Below, one piece after another: positions 14,088 through 26,264 of a stretch of DNA of 64,000 nucleotides; position 1 is the first letter of the stretch, and every line of letters starts with the position of its first letter. The notes beneath the pieces were generated by a model that was given only the letters and a program-made list of their open reading frames with translations, was not told the DNA's origin and did no database searches. Source of the DNA: Eledone cirrhosa (Eukaryota). Where the stretch lies: positions 6,324,001 through 6,388,000 of the forward strand of contig OZ024752.1 of assembly GCA_964016885.1 (NCBI GenBank), given 5' to 3'. The translations under genes were made by a program, and so were the position numbers.

Positions 14088-15282
14088 ATAAAATATTTGA
14101 ATGATGAACTTGTAGTTTTGATCCTCTTCTGAGTTCCAATTGCACCAGAGTTAAATGTTGCCTTACACTCGGGGACAATAAGGCAGATATGGGAGTACAG
14201 CCCCTTTTTATATAAATCTGTGTGACCTTATATAAGGAGCTATTGTTATATGCCTGGATATAGCAGTCCTTGAGTCAATCACCTCCCTCCGGCCCCTCAC
14301 AAATGAAGACTCTCTGCTGTCTTGTTGGTTTTGGCCCTAGTGAGCCCTGATTTAGCGGACCTATAAAGGTGCTCCAGTCCTGGCCACCCTGTCTTTTATA
14401 TGTATATATATATATATATATATATGTGTGTGAGAGTCTCTCTATATATATATATGTGTGTGTGTGTGTGCATGTGTCTATGTATATATATATGTGTATG
14501 AGTGTGTCTCTCTCTATATATATATGTGTGTGTGTGTCTGTACATAAATATGTGTGTGTGCATGTGTATATATATATATATGTGTGAGTGTGTCTCTATA
14601 GATATGTATGTGTGTGTCTATATATATAGACATTGTGTATCTCTGATTACATTACCCAGTATTTTCCCTTTTTTTTTCTATCATTCATGACAGGTGTGAC
14701 TTGAGGGGGTGCGGGATTTGGCTGCTATTTCTAGCAAGTTGAGCGACTGTATACAGGCTTCCCTTGGTAAATCCAAGACATTGCGCCTGTGGAAAAATAA
14801 AACAAAAAAAAAAAAGAAACCACATTATTATTATTATTATTATTATGAATTTTATACTGGGGGGGGTGGGGGCCGACTTATCCTTCCCCGGGGGTTAAAA
14901 TAAGGAGCAGTTATGTATTTATAATCAATATAATGGACTGTTCCAGCCCTCCATCCCTGCCCAACACCAGATATTAACCAGTTTTATAACGACAGGAATC
15001 TTTTATAACTTATGACTTTTTTTTTTTATTTCTATAGGAAATATTAAAAATAAGAAAAAAAAATCAAACTTTAAAACAGTAGTTGTTTTTTTGTTTTTTT
15101 TTTAAATAAAAATCAACCAAACTGGGTTTTGCTAAATAATTGTTTTCAACTTTCCCCCAAATCTCAACATTTTTTTTTTTCTGAGAATTTGGGAAAAATG
15201 GTTAAAAATTCAAGTTTCTGTTGAAATAAAAGTTAACAAAACTTATGTCTTTGTTTTTTATTTTGTTTTGTCATTTCAACTT

Positions 15283-15745
15283 GTGCTGGTGTCAATAAAA
15301 TACACCCAGTACACTCTGGAAAGTGGTAGGGTCACAATAAAATACACCCAGTACACTCTGGAAAGTGGTAGTGCTGGTGTCACAATAAAATACACCCAGT
15401 ACACTCTGGAGAGTGGTAGGGTCACAATAAAATACACCCAGTACACTCTGTAAAGTGGTAGTATTGGTGTCAATAAAATACACTCTGGAAAGTGGTAGGG
15501 TCACAATAAAGTACACTTTGTAAAGTGGTAGTGCTGGTGTCACAATAAAATACACCCAGTACGCTCTGTAAAGTGGTAGTGTAGGTGTCACAAAAAAATA
15601 CACCCAGTACACTCTGGAAAGAGGTAGTGCTGGTGTCACAATAAAATACACCCAGTACACTCTGTAAAGTGGTAGTGTTGGTGTCACAATAAAATACACC
15701 CAGTACGCTCTGTAAAGTGGTACTACTGGTGCCATAGTCCAGTAC
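15283..15745 (+). repeat. 48-bp RTE-3'UTR-derived minisatellite (reverse complement of the 406-1368 type)
   Basis: Unit ggtagtgctggtgtcacaataaaatacacccagtacactctgtaaagt. Confidence 0.85.
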
Positions 15746-15969
15746 ATCTACAGAAATCATGCCAAAACACGAAATGTGTGTGTGAGCAGCTGAAGAGCTT
15801 TCCCCACCCCATTCAGACTAGGACACCACCCTGACAACGAATCCTATTTATGCCAACATGGAAAGCGGATGTAAAATATTAATGATGAACTATGAACCCA
15901 AATGACCACCAAGTGACCAGCTGCAGAGATATTCACACCATAATGTTTTATAGAAAATTAAACAATTGA

Positions 15970-17092
15970 CACATATATATATATATATGTACATCTATGT
16001 ATATATGTTTGTATGTATGTATATATATATATATATATGTATAAATATTTATATGTGTGTGTATATATATATGTGTGTGTGTGTGTATATATATATATGT
16101 GTATATATATGTATATATATGTTTGTATGTATGTATATATATATGTATAAATATTTATGTGTGTGTGTGTATATATATGTGTGTGTGTGTATATATATGT
16201 ATATATATACATCTATGTATATATATGTTTGTATGTATGTATATATATATATATGTGTATGTATAAATATTTATATGTGTGTGTATATATATATATGTGT
16301 ATATATATGTATATATATACATCTATGTATATATATATATGTGTATGTATAAATATTTATATATATGTGTGTGTGTGTGTATATATGTATATATATACAT
16401 CTATGTATATATATGTTTGTATGTATGTATATATATATATATATATATGTGTATGTATAAATATTTATATGTGTGTGTGTATATATATATGTATATATAT
16501 ATAAATCTATGTATATATATGTTTGTATGTATATATATATATATACATCTATGTATATATATGTTTGTATGTATATATATATATATGTGTATGTATAAAT
16601 ATTTATATATGTGTGTATTATATATATATATATACGTCCCACTGCAAGGTGGTCGTGGAGGTGCCACGGGAAAAAAGCACCCAACCCACACTGTAAAGTG
16701 GACGTGTAGGCACCACGAAAAAGCACCCAGCACTCACTGTAAATGAGGTTGGTGTTAGGAAGGGCATCCAGCTGTAGAAATCAAGCCAAATCAGTTCCTG
16801 TATGAGCAAGGCATGGTCAGCCGACCAGACACTGCCCACAACAGGACAACCCGTCTAACCCATGCTAGCGTGGAAGAACGGACGTAAAACGGTGATGATG
16901 ATATATATACATCTATGTATATATATGATTGTATGTATGTATATATATATGTGTATGTATAAATATTTATATGTGTGTGTATATATATTTATATGTATAT
17001 ATATACATCTATGTATATATATGTTTGTATGTATATATATACATGTATAAATATTTATATATGTGTATATATATATATATTTATGTATATGT
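15970..17092. repeat. Long TA/TG compound microsatellite interrupted by an RTE 3'-tail insertion (16636-16902)
   Basis: Visible dinucleotide runs. The insert ends ...aacccatgctagcgtggaagaacggacgtaaaacggtgatgatgat. Confidence 0.85.
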
Positions 17093-17321
17093 AAATGAAG
17101 TGTTTCTAGCAACAGACATATAGCTAAGCACTTCCTCAATTAGTGATATAAACTTACTTTTTCCTTTTACTCTTGTTTCACACTGAAGGTCTATTTATAT
17201 CTCACCTTCCCTTCTGCAATGTTTCAGTTTTCTCTTGAAACTTCTTATAATTTATTGTTTTATACACATCAACAACAATGATTAGAGATATAAATATTGA
17301 TGTCTATATGTATATATATAT

Positions 17322-17478
17322 ATATTTAATATAGAAATTACTTCTACAGGACTAGAACTGTTTCATTCGGGAGAAATCATCAGTTCTAGTCCTGTAGAAG
17401 CCATTTCTATGTTAAATATTTGTACTCTGCTTGAGTACCTTACTTACTGTACTCGCCCCCGATTGAACCCGGGGTAAA

Positions 17479-17480
<2 letters not shown>
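17322..17480 (-). mobile_element. Fold-back element in (TA)n with a hammerhead-like core in its loop
   Basis: Inverted arms 17322-17360 and 17381-17419. Minus strand reads actagaa-CTGATGA-tttctcccgaat-GAAA-cag-ttctagt. Confidence 0.55.
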
Positions 17481-17512
<32 letters not shown>

Positions 17513-17628
17513 GTTCACCGCTGGATAAAACTGGTCATTCCGTATGGTCAACCTCGGTGTAATATTAGGGAGAGCACTCGTTGTAATGCAACTCACCCGT
17601 CTTCGTTTGTGTTGTTGGTGGTGAGTTA

Positions 17629-17754
17629 ATTATTATAAAATAACAGGAGGCTGGACTGGTGTAATTCCTTAAAAGGTTTATTATACTATGATCATAGTAT
17701 AATAAACCTTTTAAGGGATTACACCAGTCCAGCCTCCTGTTATTTTATAATAAT
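17629..17754. repeat. Spacer-less palindrome with 63-bp arms
   Basis: Centre ctatga|tcatag at 17691/17692; one mismatch (a G-T pair). Confidence 0.95.
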
Positions 17755-17760
17755 ATATAT

Positions 17761-18172
17761 ATATACAGTATATTAATAAATGGAAACTATATTTATAAAA
17801 CCATATTTATTTTATGAAGCTCCAACTGCTAAGGTTGTCTTTTTTCAGGGTATGTCAATATTTATTTATAAAACTAATCTGTATTGTATTTTATCTGATG
17901 AAAGCGCATCATAATTTACCTTGGTAGCCCTTGAAATATGTATAATAAAATAAATGTACTTCCCTGACATTCTATGTACTATACATACACCTTTGACGAG
18001 TTGTAGTGCACCTGAGCACTTTACACAATAATTTCATTATTATTATTATTACATATGGTTTTATAAATATAGTTTCCATTTATTAATATATTGTATATTT
18101 ACTCCACTAATTTGTTGATTGCTTTATATCAGTTATAAAAATGTTTAAGCTTGTTGAATCCCAACAAATTAA
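17761..18172 (+). mobile_element. Penelope-like fold-back element with hammerhead ribozyme, interrupted by a CR1 3' tail (17961-18050)
   Basis: Left arm 17761-17815 is the reverse complement of ataaaataa (from 17945) plus atatggttttataaatatagtttccatttattaatata.tgtatat (18053-18098). Flanked by TA-rich runs. Confidence 0.65.
17887..17952 (+). ncRNA. Type I hammerhead ribozyme (slightly decayed)
   Basis: Stem I tattttat(17887-94)/ataaaata(17945-52); CTGATGA 17895-17901; stem II aagcgc...gccctt with one mismatch; GAAA 17933-36; near-palindromic stem III tatgta; AUA cleavage triplet ending at 17944. Confidence 0.7.
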
Positions 18173-18174
18173 AT

Positions 18175-19446
18175 ATAATAATAATAATGAAATTATTGTG
18201 TACAGTGCTCAGGTGCACTACAACTCATCAAAGGTGCATGTATAGTACATAGAATAATGTACAAATGTCAGGAAAATAAACAGTGTATGAGTCATGATAT
18301 AATAACAATAACGAAATATTGTGCACAGTGCCCAGGTGCACCACAACTCATCAAAAAAGTGCATGTACAGTACATAGGGCAATGCACAAACATCAGTAAA
18401 ATGAACAGTGCACGAGTCATGATACACACATGTGTGCATGTGTATGGAAGGGGTACATCAGGTGTAGTTTTGGCGTATTTTGGGAAGCATGAGTGTCTTA
18501 AAGGATGCAGTGTCTCGGCAGCTAACAATTGACGCAGGCAGTTTGTTCCATGCTTCAGCAACTCTGAGCGTGAAAAAATGTCTGCGAAAGTCATGGGAGC
18601 TGTGCTGTTTTCTTATCTTGTAGGCATGTCCACGTGTGTTAGACACATGGAGATCAAAGAGGCGCTCAGGGTTGCAGTTGGCGAGATGGTTAAAAACTTT
18701 GTGGGTATTCACCAAGTCCATTGCCAGACGTCGGAGCTTCAATGAATCCATGCCCAGGGAAGCAAGGCGTTCAGAGTATGGTAGGTGTCTGATGGAGGGT
18801 ATGCGCTTGGTTGCACGTCTCTGAACAGTTTCCAGGAGGTCAATGTTCCGAGCAAGATAGGGGTTCCAGACTGATGATGCGAATTCCAAGTGTGGTCGCA
18901 CCATAGCTGTATACAGTTTTAAATAGATGGCTGGAGAGCGGCTAACAAAGGTCTTGCTGAGTGATGCCAAGACACCCTCGGCCTTCTTGACAATCTTAGA
19001 GACATGCTTTGTCCAACGCAAATCGTTGCTGACAGTAATGCCCAGGTCACGTTCACAAGAGGACTTTTTGATGTCAGTGTTGTGGAGGGAGTATGTGGAC
19101 GCTGGATTTTTCCTTCCAAAATGCATGGTGGTACACTTGTCCACAGCCAGCTTCAGTTGCCAGTCTGTGATCCATTGCTGCATTGTGTCCAGGTCTGATT
19201 GTAGGAAAGAGTTGTAAATTTCAGGATCAGTCCTTTTGATTTCAAGGTACAGCTTGATGTCATCTGCATATTTTAGTACCGTGGCATTCTGTAAGTTGGC
19301 ATCTATGTCATTAATATATGCCACAAACAAAAGAGGACCAAGAACAGATCCCTGTGGTACACCAGATGTCATCTCATATGGTGAAGAATGCTGTCCTAGA
19401 ACCGTGACTACTTCCTTTCGGCTGAGAATGAAGGATTTCAGCCATA
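18175..19446 (-). mobile_element. 5'-truncated CR1/L2-clade LINE (RT C-terminal half plus 3'UTR)
   Basis: ORF 18458..19372 contains VPQGSVLGP, YADD, RPHLEFASSVWNP, TRGH and FFTLRVAEAWNKLP. (ATT)n tail at ~18175-18190; the same 3' tail is at 17961-18050 (+) and 26900-27012 (-). Confidence 0.92.
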
Positions 19447-19505
19447 TATAACTTCTGCATATATATATATATATAATGTGTGTATGTGTTTGTAAATATA
19501 TTTAT

Positions 19506-22500
19506 GGTCGTGTTGGTGACATGACAATAAGCATCCAGTCCATACTGTAGACTGGTCATGTAGGTGTCACTACAATAAACATCCAGTCCACATTGCAGAC
19601 TGGTCATGTAGGTGTCACTACAATAAACATCCAGTCCACATTGCAGACTGGTCATGTAGGTGTCACTACAATAAACATCCAGTCCACATTGCAGACTGGT
19701 CATGTAGGTGTCACTACAATAAACATCCAGTCCATACTGTAGACTGGTCATGTAGGTGTCACTACAATAAACATCCAGTCCACATTGTAGACTGGTCATG
19801 TAGGTGTCACTACAATAAACATCCAGTCCATACTGTAGACTGGTCATGTAGGTGTCACTACAATAAACATCCAGTCCATACTGTAGACTGGTCATGTAGG
19901 TGTCACTACAATAAACATCCAGTCCATACTGTAGACTGGTCATGTAGGTGTCACTACAATAAACATCCAGTCCATACTGTAGACTGGTCATGTAGGTGTC
20001 ACTACAATAAACATCCAGTCCATACTGTAGACTGGTCATGTAGGTGTCACTACAATAAACATCCAGTCCACATTGTAGACTGGTCATGTAGGTGTCACTA
20101 CAATAAACATCCAGTCCACACTGTAGACTGGTCATGTAGGTGTCACTACAATAAACATCCAGTCCATACTGTAGACTGGTCATGTAGGTGTCACTACAAT
20201 AAACATCCAGTCCACATTGTAGACTGGTCATGTAGGTGTCACTACAATAAACATCCAGTCCACACTGTAGACTGGTCATGTAGGTGTCACTACAATAAAC
20301 ATCCAGTCCACACTGTAGACTGGTCATGTAGGTGTCACTACAATAAACATCCAGTCCACATTGTAGACTGGTCATGTAGGTGTCACTACAATAAACATCC
20401 AGTCCACATTGTAGACTGGTCATGTAGGTGTCACTACAAAAAACATCCAGTCCATACTGTAGACTGGTCATGTAGGTGTCACTACAATAAACATCCAGTC
20501 CACATTGTAGACTGGTCATGTAGGTGTCACTACAATAAACATCCAGTCCACACTGTAGACTGGTCATGTAGGTGTCACTACAATAAACATCCAGTCCACA
20601 CTGTAGACTGGTCATGTAGGTGTCACTACAATAAACATCCAGTCCATACTGTAGACTGGTCATGTAGGTGTCACTACAATAAACATCCAGTCCACATTGT
20701 AGACTGGTCATGTAGGTGTCACTACAATAAACATCCAGTCCATACTGTAGACTGGTCATGTAGGTGTCACTACAATAAACATCCAGTCCACATTGTAGAC
20801 TGGTCATGTAGGTGTCACTACAATAAACATCCAGTCCATACTGTAGACTGGTCATGTAGGTGTCACTACAATAAACATCCAGTCCATACTGTAGACTGGT
20901 CATGTAGGTGTCACTACAATAAACATCCAGTCCACATTGTAGACTGGTCATGTAGGTGTCACTACAATAAACATCCAGTCCATACTGTAGACTGGTCATG
21001 TAGGTGTCACTACAATAAACATCCAGTCCACATTGTAGACTGGTCATGTAGGTGTCACTACAATAAACATCCAGTCCATACTGTAGACTGGTCATGTAGG
21101 TGTCACTACAATAAACATCCAGTCCATACTGTAGACTGGTCATGTAGGTGTCACTACAATAAACATCCAGTCCACACTGTAGACTGGTCATGTAGGTGTC
21201 ACTACAATAAACATCCAGTCCATACTGTAGACTGGTCATGTAGGTGTCACTACAATAAACATCCAGTCCACATTGTAGACTGGTCATGTAGGTGTCACTA
21301 CAATAAACATCCAGTCCACACTGTAGACTGGTCATGTAGGTGTCACTACAATAAACATCCAGTCCATACTGTAGACTGGTCATGTAGGTGTCACTACAAT
21401 AAACATCCAGTCCACATTGTAGACTGGTCATGTAGGTGTCACTACAATAAACATCCAGTCCACATTGTAGACTGGTCATGTAGGTGTCACTACAATAAAC
21501 ATCCAGTCCACACTGTAGACTGGTCATGTAGGTGTCACTACAATAAACATCCAGTCCATACTGTAGACTGGTCATGTAGGTGTCACTACAATAAACATCC
21601 AGTCCACACTGTAGACTGGTCATGTAGGTGTCACTACAATAAACATCCAGTCCATACTGTAGACTGGTCATGTAGGTGTCACTACAATAAACATCCAGTC
21701 CACATTGTAGACTGGTCATGTAGGTGTCACTACAATAAACATCCAGTCCATACTGTAGACTGGTCATGTAGGTGTCACTACAATAAACATCCAGTCCACA
21801 TTGTAGACTGGTCATGTAGGTGTCACTACAATAAACATCCAGTCCACACTGTAGACTGGTCATGTAGGTGTCACTACAATAAACATCCAGTCCACACTGT
21901 AGACTGGTCATGTAGGTGTCACTACAATAAACATCCAGTCCATACTGTAGACTGGTCATGTAGGTGTCACTACAATAAACATCCAGTCCACATTGTAGAC
22001 TGGTCATGTAGGTGTCACTACAATAAACATCCAGTCCATACTGTAGACTGGTCATGTAGGTGTCACTACAATAAACATCCAGTCCACATTGTAGACTGGT
22101 CATGTAGGTGTCACTACAATAAACATCCAGTCCATACTGTAGACTGGTCATGTAGGTGTCACTACAATAAACATCCAGTCCATACTGTAGACTGGTCATG
22201 TAGGTGTCACTACAATAAACATCCAGTCCACATTGTAGACTGGTCATGTAGGTGTCACTACAATAAACATCCAGTCCATACTGTAGACTGGTCATGTAGG
22301 TGTCACTACAATAAACATCCAGTCCACATTGTAGACTGGTCATGTCGGTGTCACTACAATAAACATCCAGTCCATACTGTAGACTGGTCATGTAGGTGTC
22401 ACTACAATAAACATCCAGTCCACATTGTAGACTGGTCATGTAGGTGTCACTACAATAAACATCCAGTCCATACTGTAGACTGGTCATGTAGGTGTCACTA

Positions 22501-23551
22501 CAATAAACATCCAGTCCACATTGTAGACTGGTCATGTAGGTGTCACTACAATAAACATCCAGTCCATACTGTAGACTGGTCATGTAGGTGTCACTACAAT
22601 AAACATCCAGTCCACATTGTAGACTGGTCATGTCGGTGTCACTACAATAAACATCCAGTCCATACTGTAGACTGGTCATGTAGGTGTCACTACAATAAAC
22701 ATCCAGTCCATGCTGTAGACTGGTCATGTAGGTGTCACTACAATAAACATCCAGTCCATACTGTAGACTGGTCATGTAGGTGTCACTACAATAAACATCC
22801 AGTCCATACTGTAGACTGGTCATGTAGGTGTCACTACAATAAACATCCAGTCCACATTGTAGACTGGTCATGTAGGTGTCACTACAATAAACATCCAGTC
22901 CATACTGTAGACTGGTCATGTAGGTGTCACTACAATAAACATCCAGTCCACATTGTAGACTGGTCATGTAGGTGTCACTACAATAAACATCCAGTCCATA
23001 CTGTAGACTGGTCATGTAGGTGTCACTACAATAAACATCCAGTCCACATTGTAGACTGGTCATGTAGGTGTCACTACAATAAACATCCAGTCCACACTGT
23101 AGACTGGTCATGTAGGTGTCACTACAATAAACATCCAGTCCACATTGTAGACTGGTCATGTAGGTGTCACTACAATAAACATCCAGTCCACACTGTAGAC
23201 TGGTCATGTAGGTGTCACTACAATAAACATCCAGTCCACATTGTAGACTGGTCATGTAGGTGTCACTACAATAAACATCCAGTCCATACTGTAGACTGGT
23301 CATGTAGGTGTCACTACAATAAACATCCAGTCCACATTGTAGACTGGTCATGTAGGTGTCACTACAATAAACATCCAGTCCACATTGTAAATGTGGTTGG
23401 CGTTAAGAAGAGCATTCAGCTGTAGAAATCTAGCCACAAACAGTTCTGTATAATCAGGATATGGTCACCTGACCCAACCTGCCTCAAATGGGACATCCTG
23501 TCTAACCCATGCTAGGGTGGAAGGTGGATGTTAAACAGCGATGATGCTGAT
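19506..23551 (+). repeat. 48-bp minisatellite (~80 units, to ~23390) inside an RTE 3'UTR tail that ends in degenerate (GAT)n
   Basis: Unit tagactggtcatgtaggtgtcactacaataaacatccagtcca(c/t)a(c/t)tg, followed directly by gtggttggcgttaagaagagcattcagctgtagaaa...aacccatgctag...gatgatgctgat. Confidence 0.92.
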
Positions 23552-23691
23552 TTATATATATGTTTGTGTGCATGAAGGTGTGTGGCTTATAGGTTATTGT
23601 AGTTGACTGACAATCTTACACTCATGAGTTTGGTTCAAGGTACTGCTGTGTCCTTAAGACATAACCCTATATTTGGAGAACAAACTGGTTA

Positions 23692-23965
23692 GGGGTCCCA
23701 GTGAGACTAGGTTTATCTTGGGTAGGGCTCCCAGTGGGACTGAGGTTATCTTGGGTAGGGCTTGCAGTGAGACTGGGGTTATCTTGGGTAGGGGTCCCAG
23801 TGAGATTGGGGTTATCTTGCATAGGGGTCCCAGTGGGACTGAGGTTATCTTGGGTAGGGATCCCAGTGAGACTGGGGTTATCTTGGGTAAGGGTCCCAGT
23901 GGAACTGGGGTTCTCCTTGTTAGGGCTCCCAGTTGAACTGGTGTCATCCTTATTTAGGGGTCCCA
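23692..23965. repeat. 33-bp degenerate minisatellite
   Basis: Repeats of cccagtgagactggggttatcttgggtagggg. Confidence 0.85.
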
Positions 23966-24321
23966 CCATCGTGGGTAGAGGTAATCAGTGACAGAGGTTC
24001 TTTATTAACTGAACCCAGTGTAATATTGTTGGACAAAACCCCAGACCAAGTGGAGTGGAACTTGTTAAATTGGACCAAGGAAACAATGTTTCCATTGGTC
24101 TCTCTAATTGCTGATACTCTCTCCCAACAAAACCCTGCTACGACATTGAACTAAACTCTATATTTTGGATAACATTAAGCACGACCGTGAAGTTATGAGT
24201 TTGATTTCCGGATTAGGTGATGCACTATGTCCTTGAGCAAGATACTTTATCTCACCTTGCTCTTTCCTATTAAATCTCTTTATTTACGTTTGTAATTATA
24301 TTTTGTAAAAAGAAATAAAAA

Positions 24322-24597
24322 TATAATAATTGTTTCTACTTTTGGCACAAGGCCAGCAATTACTCCAGTGTATTACTGGTACTTTAATTTAATATAATAA
24401 TTGTTTCTACTTTTGGCACAAGGCCAGCAATTAACCAGTGCATTACTGGTACTTTAATTTAATATAATAATTGTTTCTACTTTTGGCACAAGGCCAGCAA
24501 TTATCCCAGTGCATTACTGGTACTTTAATTTAATATAATAATTCTTTCTCCGTTTGGTACAAGGCCAGCTATTACCCAGTGCATTACTGGTACTTTG
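24322..24597 (-). repeat. Tandem array (x4) of the SINE family A 3' end
   Basis: ataataattgtttctacttttggcacaaggccagcaatta.ccagtgcattactggtacttt repeated. Confidence 0.85.
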
Positions 24598-24599
24598 TA

Positions 24600-24870
24600 A
24601 GCATTGTATTATTAATTTTATATAATAATACAATGCTTACAGAACGAAAGTAGAAACAAATATAATCTAAAGGAAGGGGTGAACGGAGCCACTACCAGAG
24701 CAAAAGGTAGCACCGAGGAGCACTGGGAAACCTCTCTAATGAGTTTTGAGGCAAGCCAGCACACTCGCAGCATTACCTCGGGTGATGTCCGTGCTCGGAG
24801 CTGGAACAACCAAGCGTCCCTGCTCTTTCTGTCCGGAGGTGTGACCAGTAGATAAAATTGGCAATTGGAA
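24600..24870 (-). mobile_element. CRE-like (RLE) non-LTR retrotransposon 3' relic
   Basis: Minus-strand peptides RDAWLFQ and ITRGNAASVLACLK; homologous to 30165-30735. Confidence 0.65.
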
Positions 24871-26116
24871 AGACCAAAATAAATATTGTTTTTCATAATT
24901 GTTTCTGCTTTTGGCACAAGGCCAACAATTATCCCAGTACTTTACTGGTACTTTATTTTATCGACCCTGTAAGGATGAAAGGCAAAGTTTTTTCATGATG
25001 ATAGCAAATCAATTTAAAATGTCCAAACTTGTCCAATTTCATCCTAAACCAATCTCTTTATTACGGAAATATTTTACTATAAATAAATGGATTTTAACGA
25101 TGTTTTATTTATTTATTTTGTAAAATAAATATTATTTTCGGGGACTGGGTTGGTGTTTTCAATAAAATAAAGTCGTAAAGAAGAAAATTAAAATAAGCCA
25201 AAACAAAACTTAATAACAACAGGGAACGACGGGGTTTCCCTCTTTTAAAATATCTGCCAAACATTCCTTCCGTTTTAGATTATCAGAGCTATTAAATACA
25301 GAGAGGGAGGGGGAGATAGGGGTGAGTGAGAGAGTGGGGAGAGGGGAGATATATATACGGGTGAACGAGATATAGGAGAAAGACAGAGTGTGTATGAGAA
25401 AGAGAGAGAGAAAGCAAGAAAGAAAGAAAGAGAGAGAGAAAGCAAGAAAGAAAGAAAGAGAGAGAGAGAGGGAGACAGGGAGAGATATATAGGGGTGAGA
25501 GAAAGAGAAAGAGAAAGAACAAGTGCGTGCGTCAGTGCAAGAAGAAGAAAAAGAATGGTGACTGATGAGATACAAAAGGCATGTGTGCTGTGCTTGGCAA
25601 CAATTATCTCTCGTCCTTCTGCTTTCATTAACAAACTTCATCAGCCTACAACTTAAATATGGAATAGCAGGGACATAACTTTATTACTAAACTGGAAAAC
25701 AACTTTAAATACGACCAGGACAAGAATTTAGACACCCAGTGTGTGTATATATATTAATAATAATAATATATATATATATATATATAATTACTGAATGGAC
25801 TTACTATAACGATATGTAAACATATATATATAAATGACATGTACATCAATAATCATCTTTTTCCATTTCTTAGAGGGTTCTAAACAAATCAGGCTAAAAA
25901 AAAATTCTTTAGTAAAAAAAAAAAAATAAGACGAAAGCTTTTATTTCTAATTTAATTATATATATATATATATATATATTAGTCTTCGTCGTACACGCGC
26001 GCGCACTGGCCATTTACCTGCTTGTTGGTAATAGCAACATGTTGCTACAGGATATCTGCTGTTAATGAAATTATTTCCTTTTTCTCTCACCGTGTCTCGT
26101 GTATATTATAGTAATT

Positions 26117-26264
26117 ATGAGAATCAGCATGCTGTCTTCTGATGACATTTTAAAGATATCTCAATTATTGGCGATATTTCTCTGGGTACTACCTAATTTT
26201 CAAGTTCGATCTCATATTTTACCTGATACCAGTTCGAAACTTCTTCCAAGCTATTCTTTACCAA
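26117..26264 (+). CDS. KIAA1549: KIAA1549/KIAA1549L-like gene, putative first coding exon (signal peptide)
   Basis: MRISMLSSDDILKISQLLAIFLWVLPNFQVRSH..., a hydrophobic signal-like stretch. Donor A|gtaagt is phase 1 and matches the phase-1 acceptor at 39942. Alternative ATG at 26129. Confidence 0.6.

Noticed and set aside
19374-23351. 1325-aa minus-strand ORF
   Set aside because: Read-through of a 48-bp array that lies inside an RTE 3'UTR; no unique coding sequence.
25300-25740. Purine-rich region with a tcagt Inr-like motif as promoter of the KIAA1549-like gene
   Set aside because: Plausible position, but the motifs are too short to support without TSS data.
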